Below, piece by piece: positions 22,966 through 35,750 of a stretch of 64,000 bases of DNA. Below the pieces are notes generated by a model. That model was not told where the DNA came from. It did not search any database and saw only the letters and a program-made list of their open reading frames with translations. The stretch is from Mytilus californianus (taxonomy: Eukaryota), in the NCBI RefSeq assembly GCF_021869535.1, contig NW_026262701.1:118110001-118174000 (forward strand), read 5' to 3'. Position 1 is the stretch's first letter. The number at the start of each line of letters is the position of its first letter. Made by a program: the position numbers and the translations under genes.

Positions 22966-23101
22966 ACACACTGCCACAGTTTTCATAATTACGTTTGCCT
23001 TGGTTTTTGGTTAACTGCCTACAGCGCTTACAGTGCTTTGATTTGTTGTTTTCTCTCTGTTCATTATATAAGGTAATGCAAAAAAGTTATCTGTACAATT
23101 G

Positions 23102-23308
23102 CTGTAAATTCAAAAATCATTGCGTGCATTTATCATTGCGATTTTTAAAGAATGGACAAAAATGCAAGATCAATGATTGCGATTTCAGTAAAATCTGCAC
23201 ACACATATATGAAACAGATATCAAAATGCAAGTTCTTATTATTGTGATACTCACCCAATCGCATTATTCACATTAATAAAAACCTTGCAATAATTTCTGA
23301 ATTTACAG
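23102..23308. mobile_element. MITE with ~22-bp imperfect TIRs (pogo/Tc1-like)
   Basis: ctgtaaattcaaaaatcattgc ... gcaataatttctgaatttacag. The TA flanks are not intact. Confidence 0.6.
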
Positions 23309-24002
23309 TTTACAAGAGTCCCAATTGATGTACATTTAAGCAAATATAGTTCACTATAGTTTTCAATATAATTGCCGAAAAATATCGTTAATTCCTTTTT
23401 TTTAATAGGTCTTGTTTTTCTTATATTTTTTTGCTGTTTAATTTTTTTCTCTCAATCTTATATAAATTTAAAATAAATAGCAAAATGCATAGATAATTTA
23501 TTAAAGATAGTTATAAAAGTTTGAGTAAATAAGTAAACATTATGGGGAAATAACTCTATCAAAAGTCAATTGAAAATGTTGGTTATGGTTCATATCAAAG
23601 GGCAATTACTACTATAAGTTAACTGACATTTATGACATTGTGCTGCTATTAGTTTTTCTTTATCTACAATATATTTTTGACCAAAAATTCAAAAATTGGT
23701 AAAAATTGTCGTTTAGGGGCAATAATTCCTATAAGGGGTCAACTAAAAATTTTGACTTCGAGACAAATTTGAAGATCTTGCCATATTGAACATTTTTCTA
23801 TTTAAACTTCTCTTTGAAATTGTCTATATCATTTTTCAAGACAATAAGCAAAAACACAAAAAATATTGATAAAAATCGTCATATCAGAACAATAATTCAT
23901 TTATACAGGAGTTGAGAAACAATTTCAGCCATGTTGACTTAATTGTAGATCTTGTCCCGCTGATCATTTTCCCTATTGAAAGTTTATTTCCATTGTCTTG
24001 CT

Positions 24003-25086
24003 ATGGGAATAGTACAAAGCAGTTTTCCAATGGAGAGAGAATAGCGACAGACATACTTGGATAATTACCAGAAACAAGGAATGGAAACAAATATATACTT
24101 GTTGTGTCTGACTTTTTCTCAAAATGGACAGTGAGTTTTCCGATGCCAAATATGGAGGCTGAAACGGTAGTAAAACTGATAGTAAAAGAAGTAATAACAA
24201 GGTTTGGAATGCCAGCATACATTCATTCCGATCAGGGACGACAGTACGAAAGCAACTTGTTCTATGAAATGTGCAGAGTTTCAAACATAAAGAAAACAAG
24301 AACAACGCCATATCACCCCCAATCCGACGGGATGGTGGAGAAATTCAATGGAACACTTGCGAAAATGCTGAGTGCATATGTGAACGACAATCATGATGAC
24401 TGGGACGAATATCTACCTTATGTCATGATGGCATATCGCAGTGCCGAACATGAGACAACAGGTTATACGCCGAACTACTTGATGTTTGGTAGAGAAGTAT
24501 CAACCCCACTTGATATTATGTACGAGATGCCACAGGCACAACAAGAAGTACCAACCAATAAATGGGCTTGGAAAATGAAAGAAAGGATGGAAAGTGCACA
24601 TTCAATAGTACGAAAGAATACCGAGACAGCAATGCGTCGACAAAAGAGATATCACGACTTAAAGCTGTCGTGGCAATAGTTTGAAAAGGATGACGAAGTG
24701 TATGTTTATTTTCCTGTGAGAAAAAGTGGACGATCACCAAAGTTTACTTCATTTTGGAGAGGTCCATAAAAGATAATAGATCGGTGTACAGAAGTTACAT
24801 ACAGAGTCAACTGTGCTTATAGAGGAAAAGAGCAGATTATTCATGTAGATACAATCCGCAAGAAGAATATACAAGGCTCCGAGACGAGGCGATAGAAAGT
24901 GAGAACGGTCAGGAACGAGAACCTGTTAACGATGTATGTAGTACGGAAGGTTGGAGGAATATGCAAAATGAAGAACAGATTGTGACAAGTGACTCAGGAA
25001 CAAAGTGTTTGGAAAAAAGTAGTCATGAGCCTGAAAAGAGAAGGCGTTGTAAACCTGTATGGATGAAGGATTACTGTGTTGAATAG
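24003..25086 (+). mobile_element. Ty3/Gypsy pol 3' remnant: integrase core, GPY/F module and C-terminal tail (disabled)
   Basis: PMER/IATDILG*LPETRNGNKYILVVSDFFSKW...IHSDQGRQYES...TTPYHPQSDGMVEKFNGTL...WRGP*KII...IHVD...RRRCKPVWMKDY. DDE residues are visible. There is a 2-nt GA slippage near 24035 and stops at 24062, 24677 and about 24766. The 5' part is truncated. Confidence 0.95.
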
Positions 25087-25227
25087 GCGTTCAGGTGTAT
25101 CTTACGTGTATATAAAAGTTTGTTTTTCATGATGTACATAAAATTGTATATATAGTTGGTGTTGTTTTTATAGTTTATTCTGAAGATTAATATTGTGTTC
25201 TTATTGCTGTATTTTCAGAAGGACATC

Positions 25228-26082
25228 ATGGCAAATACCAAGAAAACACCAAGGAAGGTTATTTTTACACAAGTCTTAGAGGAAAAAATTCAATGTCCAT
25301 TCTGTCCTCTTGAATTTGGAAATAAGGAAGACAGAAACCGCCATTTAATAGAGTGCACAGATTCAAGGCTCTTCTGTGAGTTATGTTCCTATAACACAAA
25401 TTAGAGAACCAATCTCACCAGGCACTTTAAGAAGGTCCATTGTAGTACGGATGATAAAGATGAATCTGAGGACACTGAGGCAGAAGTGGAGAGTGAGATT
25501 GATGATAAGACAAATAACAAGCAAAAACCAATACGAAAACCAATCTCTGGAGATAAAAGTATAGATGTATCTTCAGATGAACCGTTAGCTCAAAAAGTTG
25601 ACACAAACAAGACAAACGTAACCACAGAACCGGAAGAAGAAGTTTTAGAAGATACAGTAAAGTTGGACAATTCGAAGAGTCTGTTTACAGATTATGACAA
25701 TATCTCTAGTGATGATGATGATGATGATCTAGGATTTATTGATAAATCAAATAAACTTAGTGTTAGTCAGCCAAAGAAGCCTGTGCAAGAAATAGAAGAG
25801 AGTGTGAATATGTGAAGAATTTTCAGGAAGAAAACAGATCCCATACCTATAATTGCACCAAAGAAAAGGAAAACAACTACAGTACAGGATCTTAAAAAGA
25901 AACTTGTAAAGACAATGCCTGGTATAACCAGTATTAATACAGCGACTCTGGGATCGGGTAAAATGCCTCACAGATGTCAATGTAATTTGGATAATATGAA
26001 GACTGTATATGTGAAGACAATTACAAAGTATATGAAAGATGGCAAGCAAGTGAAGATTGTTGAAAAGAAGGTTCCTAAGTGA
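25228..26082 (+). pseudogene. Gypsy-associated third ORF (285 codons, two in-frame stops): H3-tail-like N-terminus, C2HC and C2H2 fingers, acidic tract, NLS
   Basis: tattttcag|aaggacatcATG. MANTKKTPRK; CPFC-x12-H-x3-C; CELCSYNTN*RTNLTRHFKKVH; D/E-rich middle; PKKRK. A single frame runs 25228-26082 with TAG at 25402 and TGA at 25813. Confidence 0.8.
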
Positions 26083-26240
26083 ATAACGAACAAGTTGTGA
26101 TTTCATGGACTAGTTAAATTTGTCTTTGTTTTAGTTATGTGATTGTGTTGCTACTTTGTGTTTATTTTTATTCAGTCAAAAGAGATAGATGACTGAAAAT
26201 AAATCATCATTCTGCCATGTTTTTTGTGTTTTTATCATTA

Positions 26241-26375
26241 TGTGTCCTTCGGATGGGGACGTTAAATCCGAGGTCCCATGTACAGGAAAATACCACGACC
26301 TGTGCATGTAAAAGACCCCTCCTGCAAAGTTCGTTAAGAGTAGGCCTTGTTGCCGCTGTAGAGGCTAAATTATTT
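26241..26375 (+). other. Deu/Nin-domain-like structured sequence
   Basis: gtccttcggatggggacgttaaatccgaggtcc..taaaagaccc..ttcgttaagagtagg..ggctaaatt matches the Deu/Nin SINE core motifs as I recall them. No tRNA or 5S head is seen upstream. Confidence 0.6.
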
Positions 26376-26460
26376 CAAACCTATTTTTGTGCAATATATT
26401 TCCCAGTGGTAATCACTGTATATATGTGCTAATGTGTTCATACGTTTTGTGTGATATTTA

Positions 26461-26590
26461 TCTGATGCATGTTGCATAGTAATCCGTTGGTGACATTGTG
26501 TAATAAAGTGTCTGATGCATGTTGCATAGTGATATATTGGTGACATTGTGAATAATCAGGCCTAATACATGTTGCATAGTGATTGCATAG
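26461..26590. repeat. 50-bp tandem repeat, about 2.6 copies
   Basis: tctgatgcatgttgcatagt at 26461 and 26511; a diverged copy at 26561. Confidence 0.8.
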
Positions 26591-27568
26591 TGATATTGTT
26601 TATATATATTCTGTTATAAGACATTGTGTTTATACATTGTGAATGAGGAACTTCACCTTGTAATTTAATTTATGTGCATTGTGTAGCGTATATATTTGAC
26701 ATTGTGAATTCATTTAAGGGTGTGTTAATTGTTTTAAATAGGACAACTTGTTGTGGTGCAAATTTGAGTTGAACACTTGAAATCCTGATTTATTCAGATA
26801 CGGATCCATTGATCGCCCGTTACACATTACACATATTCTTTTCCATGAAAAAAAACCCTTTTTAATCTTTAATCACTCATCTTCACTGAATAATTTTATC
26901 ATCATGTAAGAAATAAAGGAAATCAGAAACATAGATATAAGGAGATGTTGTATAAGTGCCAATGAGACAACTCTCCATCCAATGTATTTTTTACTTTCCA
27001 AACATGTCGTTATAGAACTTAAACTTCTGATTCAATTTTTATACATCTTTTCAAATGACTTCTTGAAGTTTGAATAGCAAACTAGATATTTTGATATTTA
27101 TTAACAGGATTTTGCCTATCATTTTTTAGTTGTAAGGTTTTGTAAATAGTTTTGTAAATGCGAGGACAAGTCATCGTCAAATAAAGGCGTGTCATGACTC
27201 TCTGTACAACTAAAATACATTTCAAACATTTGTTGAAAACAATAAAATAATCATAGAAGTATGAGAGACACAAACATCTGTTAAAAGAAGTGAAAAGTAG
27301 AATCCTGACTTTGCATAAAAAAACTTGTGTCCAACCAAGTTTTGGTCACTAAAATAAACTAACTGGTTTCCAGAAATTCTCTTTTATTTGCCCCCTTTGA
27401 TTAAACAATCAGATTTTATTTTGGGAACAACTTTTGGATATATAGTGGGGAAAGGGTAGAAATGGGATTCACTGGAAAATATTTTAGTCGCCAGCTGGGA
27501 CAGCAGGATGATATAAGAGGCTGTCTGAGTGACAGCAAACCAGATTTTTTAACATTTGTGTCCTGGGA

Positions 27569-28262
27569 TTTTATACGCCCGTTTAAGGGACGTATTATGG
27601 TATACCGTTGACCGTCTGTCCGTCCGTCCGTCGTCAACATGTCGGACAATAACTCAAAAACAATTTCACCAATTTGCATGAAACTTTTGTGAATTGTTCA
27701 TATCTATTGACCTGAGCTCCCTTTCGTTTTTTTATAAATTTAGGATTTACCGTTTCCGAGTTTTGGGGTTTTATTCATTAAAAAAGGGGGGATTTTACAG
27801 TTTTCGGACAATAACTCAAAAAATTTTCACCAATTTGCAAGAAACTTTTGTGAATTGTTCATATCTATTAATGTGAGCTCCCTTTCGTTTTTTTTAATAA
27901 ATTTCAGATTTACCGTTTCCAAGTTTTGGGGTTTTATTCATTAAAAAAGGGGGGATTTTCCAGTTTTCAGACAATAACTCAAAAAAACAATTTCAACAAT
28001 TTGCAAAAAACTTTGATGAATTGTTTATTTCTATGGACATGAGCTCCCTTTTGATTTTTATAAATTTCAGACTATACGTTTCCGATTTATGGGGTTTTAT
28101 TCATTACAAAAAGGGGGATTTTCCAGTTTTTGGACAATAACTCAAAAATTTCAGCATTTTTTATGAAACTTTGGTAAATTGTTTATATCTATTTTTGTAA
28201 GCTCCCTTTTGATTTTTATAAATTTTCTATTTTATGTTTCCGAGTTATAAGATTTTATTTGT
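27569..28262 (+). mobile_element. HINE/Helentron-like element with 162-163-bp internal array (about 4 units)
   Basis: 5' hairpin atacgcccgtttaagggacgtat, a GTCC microsatellite, and gacaataactcaaaaa at about 27645, 27807, 27970 and 28133. Confidence 0.8.
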
Positions 28263-28593
28263 TTAAAGTCTGATAACAGATTTACTATAGTAAGTATTAC
28301 GCAACAGCACAGTGTATTGCACAACAGCAAGAAATCTTTCATATAACCAATTTCAAGTTCTTTGACTACATTTATTCAGAAACCTATAATATATCAAATA
28401 TTTAATTACAATCCAAATTCAGACCTGTATCAAGCTTGAATATTGTGTCCATTTTTGCCCCAACTGTTGGACCTCTGCGGGCGTATCCAGCTGGGCTCAG
28501 CAAAGCAGTTTATTCAATATCACATGGACCACAACTCCTGAACGGTTAAAGTGACAATCATCAATATTGAATTTGACCTCCATTTTGTCACCA

Positions 28594-29055
28594 GGTGTAA
28601 TACCATCAAATCATAGTACGTCACATCCGGTTGCATACGAAAAAGGGTCGAAAAAAATATTCCTTTGAATTTGACAGTTGTAGGAAATTAATCCTACATT
28701 TCATTGCAGTAAAAAATCTGGGTCATAAACATATATCTTAGGTGTTTCAAAGCACCATTATTTTTTTATTTGGTGTTTCTATAGAATATTTTGGAAATTT
28801 GAGGTTACATGGTTACTAAAGCTTGTACACAGGTAAAATAGAGGCGAAAATTTAATAGGTTAAGTTTCAGTGATGGTTATTTTCTTGTATACAATGAAAT
28901 GTTGTGTAAAATTTTGTCTATAGTACTGGACAGGATAAAACTTTACTCATGACAAGTATTTCTTTATTTGAAACAAAGATAAATTCTGCACAATTTTTTG
29001 AAAAGTGCAAATTTAACAAAGACTAATAGGGGAAAATCAATGGTGGTATTACACC
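28594..29055. mobile_element. 462-bp TIR element inserted in an older repeat
   Basis: GGTGTAATACCA ... TGGTATTACACC with flanks ACCA/ATCA (4-bp TSD, one mismatch). The host sequence matches the uninterrupted copy at about 29205-29235. Confidence 0.75.
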
Positions 29056-29377
29056 ATCAGCAACAACATAATAAAATTTGAATAGCTTTGGTTGAATGAT
29101 CCATGAGTTAATGCACTGACACGACTGGAAACACCATTTTTCAATCTTTCAAGAACCATAACTCCTGAAAAGTGAAAGTGAAAATCGTCAATATCTAACT
29201 TGACCTCCATTTTGTCATCAGTAACAACATTTTAAAATTTTAAAAGCTTTGGCTGAATGATCCATGAGTTAATGCACTGACACAACTGGAAACACCATTT
29301 TTCAATCTTTCAAGAACCATAACTCCAAAACGATGCTCCTACTTGCCTTAGGAAAGAATTGGAATAACAGTATTTGA

Positions 29378-30345
29378 AACAAGATGCTCATGAGAGCCTG
29401 ATATCGCTCACCTAGCTGTAATTTCAGTTTCAGGCATTTGACTTATTTGTAGATCTTACTTTGCTGAACAATTTTGTCATTTACACTTTCTCTCTTTCTA
29501 TAATAATATTAAAGATAATACATAACCCAAAATTGTAAAATTTCCTTAAAATTAACTATATCTGGACAGTAACCCAACAATAAGTTGTCCTATTGGTCTG
29601 AAGATTACTTGACAGGTAGATCTAAACCGGTTTAACACTTTCACCTATGTCAGTTTTGCTCTTACTGCTTTAGTTTTTGAGATGAAAGCCAAAAACTTCA
29701 TTTGACTACTATGTTCTATTTTAAGAACCTGCCGCCATGTTTTTGAATGGACCAAATCCCCAAATACAATCTATAAACTAGATACCTTAAGGAACATTCA
29801 ATTAAAGTTTTAAGTATTTGGCAAAGTAGTTTCAGAGAAGAAGATTTTTGAAAAAGTAATTAAGACTTTCACAAAAAATGTAAAAAAAAAACGTTTTAAG
29901 GGCAATTACTCCTTAAGGGGTCAATTGACTAATGTGATCATGTTGACTTATTTGTAGATCTTACTTAGTTGAACATGTATTGCCATTTATACTTTCTCTC
30001 TATCTATTATAATATTAAAGAAAATAACCAAAAACAGTAAAATTTAATAAAAATAAACTATTTCCAACAGTAACCCAACAATGGGTTGCCAAACTTGTCT
30101 GAAAATTTCATAACAGATAGATCATGACCCATTTATCACTTTAACTCCTTTCACTTTTGCTCCAACTGCTGTAGTTTTTGAGATATAAGCCAAAAACGGC
30201 TTTTGTCCCCTATGTTCTATTTTTAGCCATGTTTGTTGATGGATCAAAACTTCAGATACAATTTATAAACTAGATACCCTAAGGTACATTCACTTAAAGT
30301 TTGAAGGTATTTGGCCCAGTATTTTCAGAGGAGAAGATTCTTTGG
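29378..30345 (-). mobile_element. HINE-like element with ~500-bp internal units (diverged, truncated)
   Basis: Terminal aacaagatgctcatgagagcctgatatcgctcacc; related to the copies at 30613 and 41623. Confidence 0.65.
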
Positions 30346-30612
30346 TGGCTGTTCGACCTCTCTTTTCTTATGTTAAGGACAAATAACTTATTAACAGTTG
30401 GCAGTAGATGATTAAAATGATGTATCAACTTTCTGCAAGCCATATAACACATCATTAGATTCATGATATGTATTCAAATGGGATTTCTGCAACATCTTGC
30501 GATAATATTGGTCCAGAATGACTAATCAACATTAACAAACACCAGACCAAAAGTCAAGTCAGCCCTGAATGTATAAGTAATATCCATGTTAATCTGATAT
30601 GAATATAAATAT

Positions 30613-31147
30613 AACTAGAGGCTCTCAAGAGCCTGTGTCGCTCACCTGTATTTACTGATGCTTTGGAAATCATGTAAAATAAGGTTAAAATCATAATTAA
30701 TAATATTAGATATTAGATATTATAATGATAACTAAGATAATAACAAAAAACTGCAAAATTTCTGTAAAATTACTAACTCAGGGGCAGCAACCCAACAACG
30801 GGTTGTCGGATTCGTCTGAAAATTTCAGGGCAGATAAATCTCAATCTGATAAACATTTTTTTCCACCTGTCAGATTTGCTCTAAATGCTTTAGTTTCAGA
30901 GATATAAACCAAAAACTGCATTTTACCCCTATGTTCTATTTTTAACCATGTCGGCCATGATGGTTGGAAGGCGGGGTCATCGGACAAATTTTTAAAACTA
31001 GATACCCTAATAATGATTATGGCCAAGTTTGGTTAAATTTAGCCCAGTGGTTCCAGAGGAGAAGATTTTTGTAAAAGCTAACGACGAGGAACGACGGACG
31101 CCAAGTGATGAGAAAAGCCCACTTGGCCCTTTGGGCCAGGTGAGCTA
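30613..31147 (-). mobile_element. HINE-like element, one-unit copy
   Basis: Termini aactagaggctctcaagagcctgtgtcgctcacc and gcccacttggccctttgggccaggtgagctaa, with GCTCACC/GGTGAGC sub-TIRs and hairpins. Confidence 0.85.
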
Positions 31148-31616
31148 AAAAAGAAGATATAGTATGATTGGCAATGAGACAACTCCCCACAAGAAACCAA
31201 ATGACACAGAAAGTAATCAAAGCACCAAAGGCGCTATAGGCAGTTAATTAAAAAAATCAAAGGTAAACTTGGCAGAAGTTAAGATGAATATAGCTGAAGA
31301 ATGGATGAAAATATTTTTCTCTAATTCTTCGTCAATTTATCCCTTTCTGCACCCATTGTATACAAAAAATTTAATCAACGTGTGGTTCGTTTGATCTCAG
31401 TTCTTCATTGGTTAAAATCCGATTATGACGTCGAATTTACTTGCTTTCCTCTGAATTTCCTATTGTGACGGCATGAAAAAAGGAGACCATGCCTGATGAC
31501 GTCACATAGAAAGAACACATCTTTTTACAGATCATTCGAAAAGACGGAATAAGTTTGCCTGCATATTGTTTGAAAATCATTAGAGAAACAGATTCCACCA
31601 CCAAATCTCGTATAAT

Positions 31617-31737
31617 ACGATATTTATCCACTCTCGACAGTTAAATTTTAAATATTTAAAACGCTCGGCGAGCCTCACGTTTTAAATTTGAAAATTTAAC
31701 TGTCATTTTGACTGTCTCGAGTGGATAAATATCGTAT
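31617..31737. mobile_element. Palindromic element
   Basis: tacgatatttatccactc..ttaaattt..aaaacg / cgttttaaattt..gagtggataaatatcgta with loop ctcggcgagcctca. Confidence 0.75.
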
Positions 31738-32524
31738 CACACTCGATGCAGTGGTAGAATCTATATTTCTCAGCTATTTCTCAAGTATCAAATAATGTTT
31801 GTACCGTAATGTTTCTGCTATCCAATCCTACCACTTTCAAAAGTTATTTCCAATTTATTTTTTAAAGATTCAATGTCTGAGATTATGCACATACACTGTC
31901 CCATGTTAGGGGAGAGTTTTGTGCCAGCTAACATGTTTAACCCGCCACATTCTGTATGTACCTGTCCATAGTGAGGACCCAGTAATTTGGTGATTGTTGA
32001 TTGTTGCTGTATATCATATTTATTTTTCATAATTGTTTTGTACATAAATCAGGCTGCTTTAGTTTTATTGTTTTACATTTGTCATTTCGTGGTCGTTTAT
32101 ATCTTACTATGCAGTATAGGTTTTGCTAATTGTTGCAGGCTGCATGGAGGAATATTCTTTTCAGAATAATAATTTCAATTATGGTGTCCAACAGTGGTGT
32201 ATGGTTTAATTCCACTATGTACTAGAGTTTGAATATGCCATATTAGCGCTTTTAGTTGGATCAGCTGGTGCCACTATGCACAATTATCAAATCATACCTG
32301 AAACTATCTGAAATGGTGTAATTTTCTTGTATACTAGTATTACAAGAAATGCTGATGTTGTTATAATGGCCTAGCAATGATGCAACATATATTTTTGAAG
32401 GCTGTACGGTTGCCTGTAATTGCTTACATCCACTTCATTTGAATTTTGGTGGATAGTTGTCTCATTGGCAATCATACCACATCTCCTTATTTTTATAATA
32501 ATTACACATGTCTAATCTATAATA

Positions 32525-33505
32525 AGCTATTAACACAACGTAATGTTTTGCCTATTTGTTATTTTGATAATGCAAATGTTACACTTAAAATAGTAATACT
32601 TTAACATGTAAGTGATATTCAAAGTCAATGAACCATGACTTAAGGTACAAGGCTAAACAATCTCTATGGAAATGAAAGGTGCCAATGCTTGTTCAACTGC
32701 AAACCAAATACCATTGACTTTTCATAAGTCGTTCCCTTTAAACAAACCTTAACACAAATTCAATTTCTAAGTCAATGAACCATAATGAGGGGGTGGGGTT
32801 ATATAATATCCATGGAAATGAAACTTTTGAATACCAATACGTTCGCATACCAAATAGCTTTGACTTAAGATTACTGGTAATTTTAAACTGACATAATCAT
32901 AATAATCACAAACTCATTCATGTAAACTAAGTAAAAGTTTCAAAGTCAATAGATCATGCATATGACTGAGGGGTGAGGACCAAATATCCTCTATGGAAAT
33001 GAGACGTACTAATGCTTCTACACCTACATGCCAATTATCATTGACCTACCACTATTGGTTTCCCTAATACTAACCTAATCGAAAACTAATAAATGAAATT
33101 TCAAAGTAACATAAGTTTCCAAGTAAAAAGAGCATGATTGAGGGGGCGGGGCCAAATAATCTCAATGGAAATTAGAAATGAAAAAGTTTATACAACTGCA
33201 CACCAAATATCATTGACCTACCACTAGTGGTTCCCCCTAAACTGACCTAATCACAAACATATACATGTAAACTATGCAAAGTTTCAAAGTCAATAGACCA
33301 TGACTAAGGGGGTGGGGCCAAATATTCTCTATGGTAATGAGATGTGCCTATGCTAACACAACTACTTACAAAATGTCATTGACCTACCAGAAACCAGACC
33401 TTATCACAAAATCACAAACTAATACATTGTTGATTCCGCCAAAACAGCATGCCTATATATATATATATATGTCTCACTTTTTGACTCTGTCAAGGCAAGA
33501 CAAAA
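32525..33505 (+). mobile_element. Dispersed element with ~170-bp internal tandem units (aaagtcaatgaaccatgact family)
   Basis: About 5 units. A second copy is split between 43975-44513 and 46018-46160. Confidence 0.75.
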
Positions 33506-35189
33506 ATTGCAAAAAATTTAATACAAATATTTTGTCCATCTTTTTTTAATATTCTTCATTTCTTAAATATATCAATGCTGCGTTCACACATAATTCGAAT
33601 TCGATTCACATTATTAACTGATTTGAATTAGTTTAAAACGCATTCGAAACGTTTAATGTCCAAAAGTAAATTCTACTTGGAATTGCAATACACGACAAAA
33701 TCGCTTTACTGTGAATGCAGGGGTTAAAATTAACATTTGGTACTGGACAGTCCAGGACCTTTGACACTCCAAACTGAAAGGTCCACAACCTAAATTCCAG
33801 GTCCTGCTTTTACTTGAAATAGTTCATAACTCAGTAAGATACTTTAATGTGCTTTTGGTGTTAAGTTAGCTTGTTTCATTGTCAGTGTCACTGTCGTTTA
33901 ACTTGTTTAATAATAAATGTGATTGTCTTGTATATTAATTTATGAATTCAAATAATCTTTTTTTTTGTATTAGGAAGGCTGAGGGAGGCTGAGGGTATCA
34001 CTGTGGGTGGGTGTGTTGTCTCAACAATTGATTATTTATTACTAATTATACCATTATATTAAACAGTTCAAATTCAAAACTGTTTAAGTGTATCATATCT
34101 AGTTGCACTATATATTATATTAGCTAGTTCCTCTGTGAAAATAAAGTAAGAAACTTCCAGATTTTTATAGGCCCTTCAAAATTGAGAAGAAATTACCTCA
34201 TGGAATTGTAGTAATATGTTTAAACAATAAAAACATCTACATGTAATATCAATATTTATTAATGATAAGGAAAATACTGTCACATTTTATTGGTTTTTGA
34301 CATGAAAATTTGTGAACTAAAAGTAATTTTGAGTTTCTGTATAAAATATTTCCTGCTTTTTCTTTCTTTTCAATATATCTTTGGTTTTCAATTCTAGAGT
34401 TTATATTTCATCATGATAGATGTATTTTGTCTCATGCCTGGAATTATAATATTTTTATTGTATTTTATCGGCAAACCCGGAATTACCCTTATCCGCCCCC
34501 GGAATTAGATCCGGTATTATAATTGTCTTCATTTCCGGTTTATGGCATCCATTGTTTTTCAATGTTGTTTTTGTCAGTCAGATACGATTTACTCGGATTT
34601 ACACATAACATGTTGGCGATTTTCGGTATAAAGCTAGCGGTTGAACAAAATGATTAATATCAGAAATCACCAAATTTAAAACGTCCTTGATTTACGTTTT
34701 GTCGACGAAGTTAAAATTACCGCCAACTGAGACTTCAACTCCGTGTCATATTAGTCACAGCCGTTATACAATATTCCTGCGCTTTGTGCCATTTGGCAAC
34801 TGTAAACGACTTGTAATTAGAGATTTTCGGCGATGAAATAATTCATGCAATTGTTCTTTGACATCTTGGCTAAAAGCACAGGGGATAATAAACTACATAA
34901 GGATTTCTATTGAGCACTACTTCCTATGTGCAACTTCAAAACTTTTGGGTGGTTCGACGATCATTTAAGGTTTTTCTGGTCATATTTTTTGTATTCCAGA
35001 ATTAAAAGTATGAAAAAAGTGTTCAATTAGTTATAAATAACATAATAGCCAGCCAGATAATAACAATGGCACATATTTCAGCATTTATTGGGTAGAACAC
35101 AAATCTAGGGTGCTCGCATAAAGCAGCTTAACTGCTTAAAAACTATAGGTCACTGTACCCTTCTTTATACTAGACTGACACCAAGAGCT

Positions 35190-35325
35190 AGAATTTGAAC
35201 TAACTAGTTCCAAAGCCAACCAGTCTTTGATCATTCTCTAAAATGCCACATTCTTAACAGAGAAGCAGTAATTACAAAGTCTTTTATATAACCTGGCTGG
35301 GGAGGGAACCAATGACCTATCCTTT
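35190..35325 (-). mobile_element. Meta-domain SINE fragment
   Basis: The minus strand reads ctgcttctctgttaagaatgtggcattttagagaatgatcaaagactggttggct, resembling the MetaSINE core as I recall it. Confidence 0.5.
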
Positions 35326-35391
35326 TTATAACCCCTTTAGTATCTTTCTACATTACAACAGAATGCTTCTTTAAACTAATCGGAGTAGTAT

Positions 35392-35397
35392 TTTATT
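35392..35397 (-). terminator. Candidate polyadenylation signal for GINS2
   Basis: AATAAA on the minus strand about 235 nt after the stop. Motif only. Confidence 0.4.
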
Positions 35398-35630
35398 ATG
35401 TAATAAACTTCATAAATTACTTATATTACATATCATGCTGCATCGATTTCTGGTATAAAAATTTCATCTTAACAGTACATGTATCACTGTACATGTATCA
35501 CAGTACATGTATCACTGTCATCTTCATTCATATTTTCTACTTTAAAATTCTTGGCATTTTTCCAAGAATCAGAAATCCTGCAACATAAGAGTCTAATGTT
35601 GATTAAATTGTCAATTTAACTAGAGCTTCT

Positions 35631-35750
35631 TCATTCTTGTGTTGACTGTATTCTCCCACTAAGGTTTGATCTCAACAGATGCATTTGATCCAAGGCTTTG
35701 GTAAGGAATGGTCTTGCAGTGTTCAACTCCATCAATGTCAAATAATTCAA
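35631..35750 (-). CDS. GINS2: GINS2 exon 5
   Basis: ttatttcag| LNYLTLMEL...QE*. Confidence 0.95.
   Translation of the reverse strand: MNYLTLMELNTARPFLTKALDQMHLLRSNLSGRIQSTQE

Noticed and set aside
26600-26760. Polypurine tract and 3' LTR of the Gypsy element
   Set aside because: Only a weak aagggtgtg purine run. No TG...CA LTR or second LTR copy could be identified.
20540-35150. Inverted ~170-bp match between 20540-20690 and 34985-35150 as TIRs of a giant element
   Set aside because: The copies are diverged, not terminal to any defined unit, and lack a TSD. Two dispersed copies of a repeat is the simpler explanation.
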